From Gammaproteobacteria bacterium (GTDB taxonomy: Bacteria > Pseudomonadota > Gammaproteobacteria > Steroidobacterales > Rariloculaceae): a stretch of 64,000 nucleotides of DNA. Every line of letters begins with the position of its first letter. Within the stretch, counting starts at the first letter, position 1. Below the pieces are notes generated by a model. The model was not told the origin of the DNA. It was given only the letters and a program-made list of their open reading frames with translations, and did not search any database. The stretch spans positions 1,075 through 65,074 of the forward strand of contig DATKCK010000029.1 of the NCBI GenBank assembly GCA_035513215.1, in the 5' to 3' direction. Made by a program: the position numbers and the translations under genes. Of this stretch, positions 62,218 through 64,000 are shown in pieces.

Positions 62218-63541
62218 TCAGTAAGCCCCGTATGCTCGCTTCGGCCTCGATGGCCGGCATCAGCCGCTCGCGCTCGAGCAGGCCCGCGATGTCGGCGATC
62301 GAGCGGCGGCCGTCGATGAGCGACATGATCTGGGCATGTATGCGCGTCGACATCGCGGCGACGCGAAAGTGCTCGATGGCCGGGATCGGCTCCCTGCCGC
62401 GAACGATCCAGTCCGGCAGCGCCTCGTGGCGGGCCGGCCCCTTGATATGCCGCTTCTTCAACGCGCGCCATGAGAGGACTGTCTCCCGACGGCCGTGCCG
62501 GCTCGCCGGCGAGCACAAATACGGAATCCTCGTATCGGTGTGGACCGGCGCGTCGAATCCCTGTTGCTCGACGATCTCGAAGCACTCATCGGGCCCGAGC
62601 TGCGCCGCGGGGTCGGCCTGGTGAAAGTTCAGCGACCCGAAGTTGATCCAGACGCCGTCGTCCTCGAGCAGATGATTGACCCTGGCGCAAAGTTCCGCGA
62701 AGTCGCCAGGCAGGATGTCAATCAGCCACGGGGTCACGACCGTGTCGAAGGCCTTCGCGGGGAACGGCGGGCGATGCACGTCGGCGATCACGAAGCGGAG
62801 ACCTTCGCGGGCCGGCCGGGGCGCCGCGAGCTCGCGCAGGATCGCCGCATGATTCGCGTCGATCGGCGCGAGCGGAAACTCGTAGAGCTCGACCGTCTCG
62901 CCCGCTGCGATGCGCGACCCGACGAGCGACAGCAGCGGATTGAAATCGAGCGCGACGGTCAGCTCCGCCTCCGTTCGATCGTGCAGATCGTAGGCCAGGC
63001 GGCCGGCGCCCGCGCCGAGCACGAGCGTCCGGCGCGCCGTATGCCCGCCCATGGCGTCGACGACGACGGCGATCGACGCCTCGTTCTCTTCCTCGCCCCA
63101 CGACCAGTCACGGTGAACGTTCGGGAAGTAGGTCATCAGACCCTGGTCCGGAGGCAGACGCGTCCTGAGCGCGAGGTAGGTCTCGATCGAAGCCCGAGGC
63201 TCGCCGAGGTCGAGCGCCGCGAGGAGCTTACGCAGGCGGCTGCAATGATCGGACGTCGCGGCCGCGAGCGCCTCGAGCCGGGACTTCGTCGACGCGACGA
63301 TGTCCGGGCGATTGGCGGCATTGAGGTACCGCTTGGCATTCGCCTCGAGCACGCGGATCAGGTAGTCGAAACGGGCCCGCCACTCGGCCAACGCGGCATT
63401 CGGCTCGGCGAAGAGCCACGGCAGTCCGCCGATCAGCGGAAACTCGACCTTGCAGCCTGAGCAGCGGAAACCCGACGCGATCGTATCGAGCGCGCGGTCG
63501 CAGCGCGGACAGGCGTAGGACGGGGTCGCGCTCGATTCCAT
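62180..63541 (-). CDS. multidomain SAM methyltransferase: Trm112-like zinc ribbon + N2227-like class I MTase + PqqD-like C-terminal domain
   Basis: 453 aa. CPRCD…CSGCKVEFPLIGGLPWLF; motif I LVLGAGAGRLAYDL; …FDTVVTPWLIDILP…DGVWINFGSLNFH…; and a C-terminal …IMSLIDGRRSIADIAGLLERE…. Confidence 0.7.
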   Translation of the reverse strand: MESSATPSYACPRCDRALDTIASGFRCSGCKVEFPLIGGLPWLFAEPNAALAEWRARFDYLIRVLEANAKRYLNAANRPDIVASTKSRLEALAAATSDHCSRLRKLLAALDLGEPRASIETYLALRTRLPPDQGLMTYFPNVHRDWSWGEEENEASIAVVVDAMGGHTARRTLVLGAGAGRLAYDLHDRTEAELTVALDFNPLLSLVGSRIAAGETVELYEFPLAPIDANHAAILRELAAPRPAREGLRFVIADVHRPPFPAKAFDTVVTPWLIDILPGDFAELCARVNHLLEDDGVWINFGSLNFHQADPAAQLGPDECFEIVEQQGFDAPVHTDTRIPYLCSPASRHGRRETVLSWRALKKRHIKGPARHEALPDWIVRGREPIPAIEHFRVAAMSTRIHAQIMSLIDGRRSIADIAGLLERERLMPAIEAEASIRGLLIKLFDESQIRRP

Positions 63542-63552
63542 CGCGAAGTTAT

Positions 63553-63606
63553 AGCAAAAAGAGGCGGCCGGTCATGCGATCTAAAGTCGATCGCATGACC
63601 GCCGCC
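63553..63606 (-). terminator. Rho-independent terminator (minus strand)
   Basis: A 13-bp perfect stem CGGTCATGCGATC/GATCGCATGACCG (63569-63581 and 63589-63601) with a 7-nt loop. On the minus strand it is followed, after a short GC-rich stretch, by a five-T run (complement of 63556-63560). It lies downstream of the 63642 stop. Confidence 0.6.
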
Positions 63607-63641
63607 GGTGACCGGCTGGTAATCAGCCACGCACGATGTTC

Positions 63642-64000
63642 TCAGGTGCGAACGACAGGACCGAACTGAATCTGCTCGAAGGCCGTGAACCGGTCGAGGT
63701 TTACGGTATTGCCCAGGCCATGATTCGGGAAAGCTGCGGCAAAGTCGTCCTGCTGTCCGTGCAGGGCCATGTAGTTCAGCGCCACCATTTCCACGAGCAA
63801 ATTGACGTTATTCGCGCCCGGCGTGCCGGCACGCATGACGTTGCCGTCGGCCGTGAAGGCGCCGATCTGCTGGTGCTGCGCCGCCGGCAGGCCGTCGCTG
63901 CCGCTCTGAAACAGAGGCGGTGTTCCGTTCGGGCTGTAGACCAGGAAGAACGAGGCGGCCGTGTCCTGATTGTCCGACGTCCATTCGCCCTTGCCGCGGC
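63642..64000 (-). CDS. hypothetical protein, 5'-truncated by window edge
   Basis: The minus-strand frame is open from the window end to the stop at 63642 (…WTSDNQDTAASFFLVYSPNGTPPLFQSGSDG…FEQIQFGPVVRT*). No family recognised. Confidence 0.5.
   Translation of the reverse strand, partial: RGKGEWTSDNQDTAASFFLVYSPNGTPPLFQSGSDGLPAAQHQQIGAFTADGNVMRAGTPGANNVNLLVEMVALNYMALHGQQDDFAAAFPNHGLGNTVNLDRFTAFEQIQFGPVVRT

Overview
High-GC (about two-thirds G+C by eye) proteobacterial chromosome segment, densely coding. I found no rRNA, tRNA, CRISPR array, integrase or transposase. Most of the window is ordinary metabolism and transport. This includes an acetoin/2-oxoacid dehydrogenase E1alpha-E1beta-E2 operon beside a CoA-acylating aldehyde dehydrogenase, two TRAP transporters, cimA, the Na+-pumping oxaloacetate decarboxylase oadGAB, and a DUF4212+SSS symporter. 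It also includes a quinohemoprotein PQQ dehydrogenase, def, purN, folE, ubiX, modBC, otsB-GH15, and scattered lignin-aromatic catabolic genes (an HCHL-like hydratase/lyase and ligU/ligC/ligI-like genes). The stand-out region is about 41.56-48.46 kb. It is a compositionally foreign block (CTG-rich, lower GC3 by eye) carrying four co-directional genes, three of them start/stop-overlapping: a TVP38/DedA membrane protein, a 749-aa GH15-like (alpha/alpha)6 protein, a GT4 glycosyltransferase, and an 805-aa alkaline-phosphatase-fold plus EEP-fold double phosphoesterase. It sits exactly between two truncated host gene remnants, a DUF883/ElaB 3' end and an MFS transporter 3' end, and has no mobility gene. 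I propose it as an uncharacterised envelope glycolipid/phospholipid head-group remodelling module; that function is inference. Other points worth a second look: a three-copy REP-like hairpin family with compensatory inner-stem changes; an otsA gene cut to 13 codons; and a 19-Asp plus (PAPAP)n FG-GAP surface protein with a GlyGly-CTERM-like tail. Further ones are a zinc-ribbon/N2227-like methyltransferase with a PqqD-like domain, and a perfect CRP-type palindrome upstream of an EF-hand/TM/wHTH gene. All family assignments come from reading the translated ORFs and remembered motifs; no searches were run.
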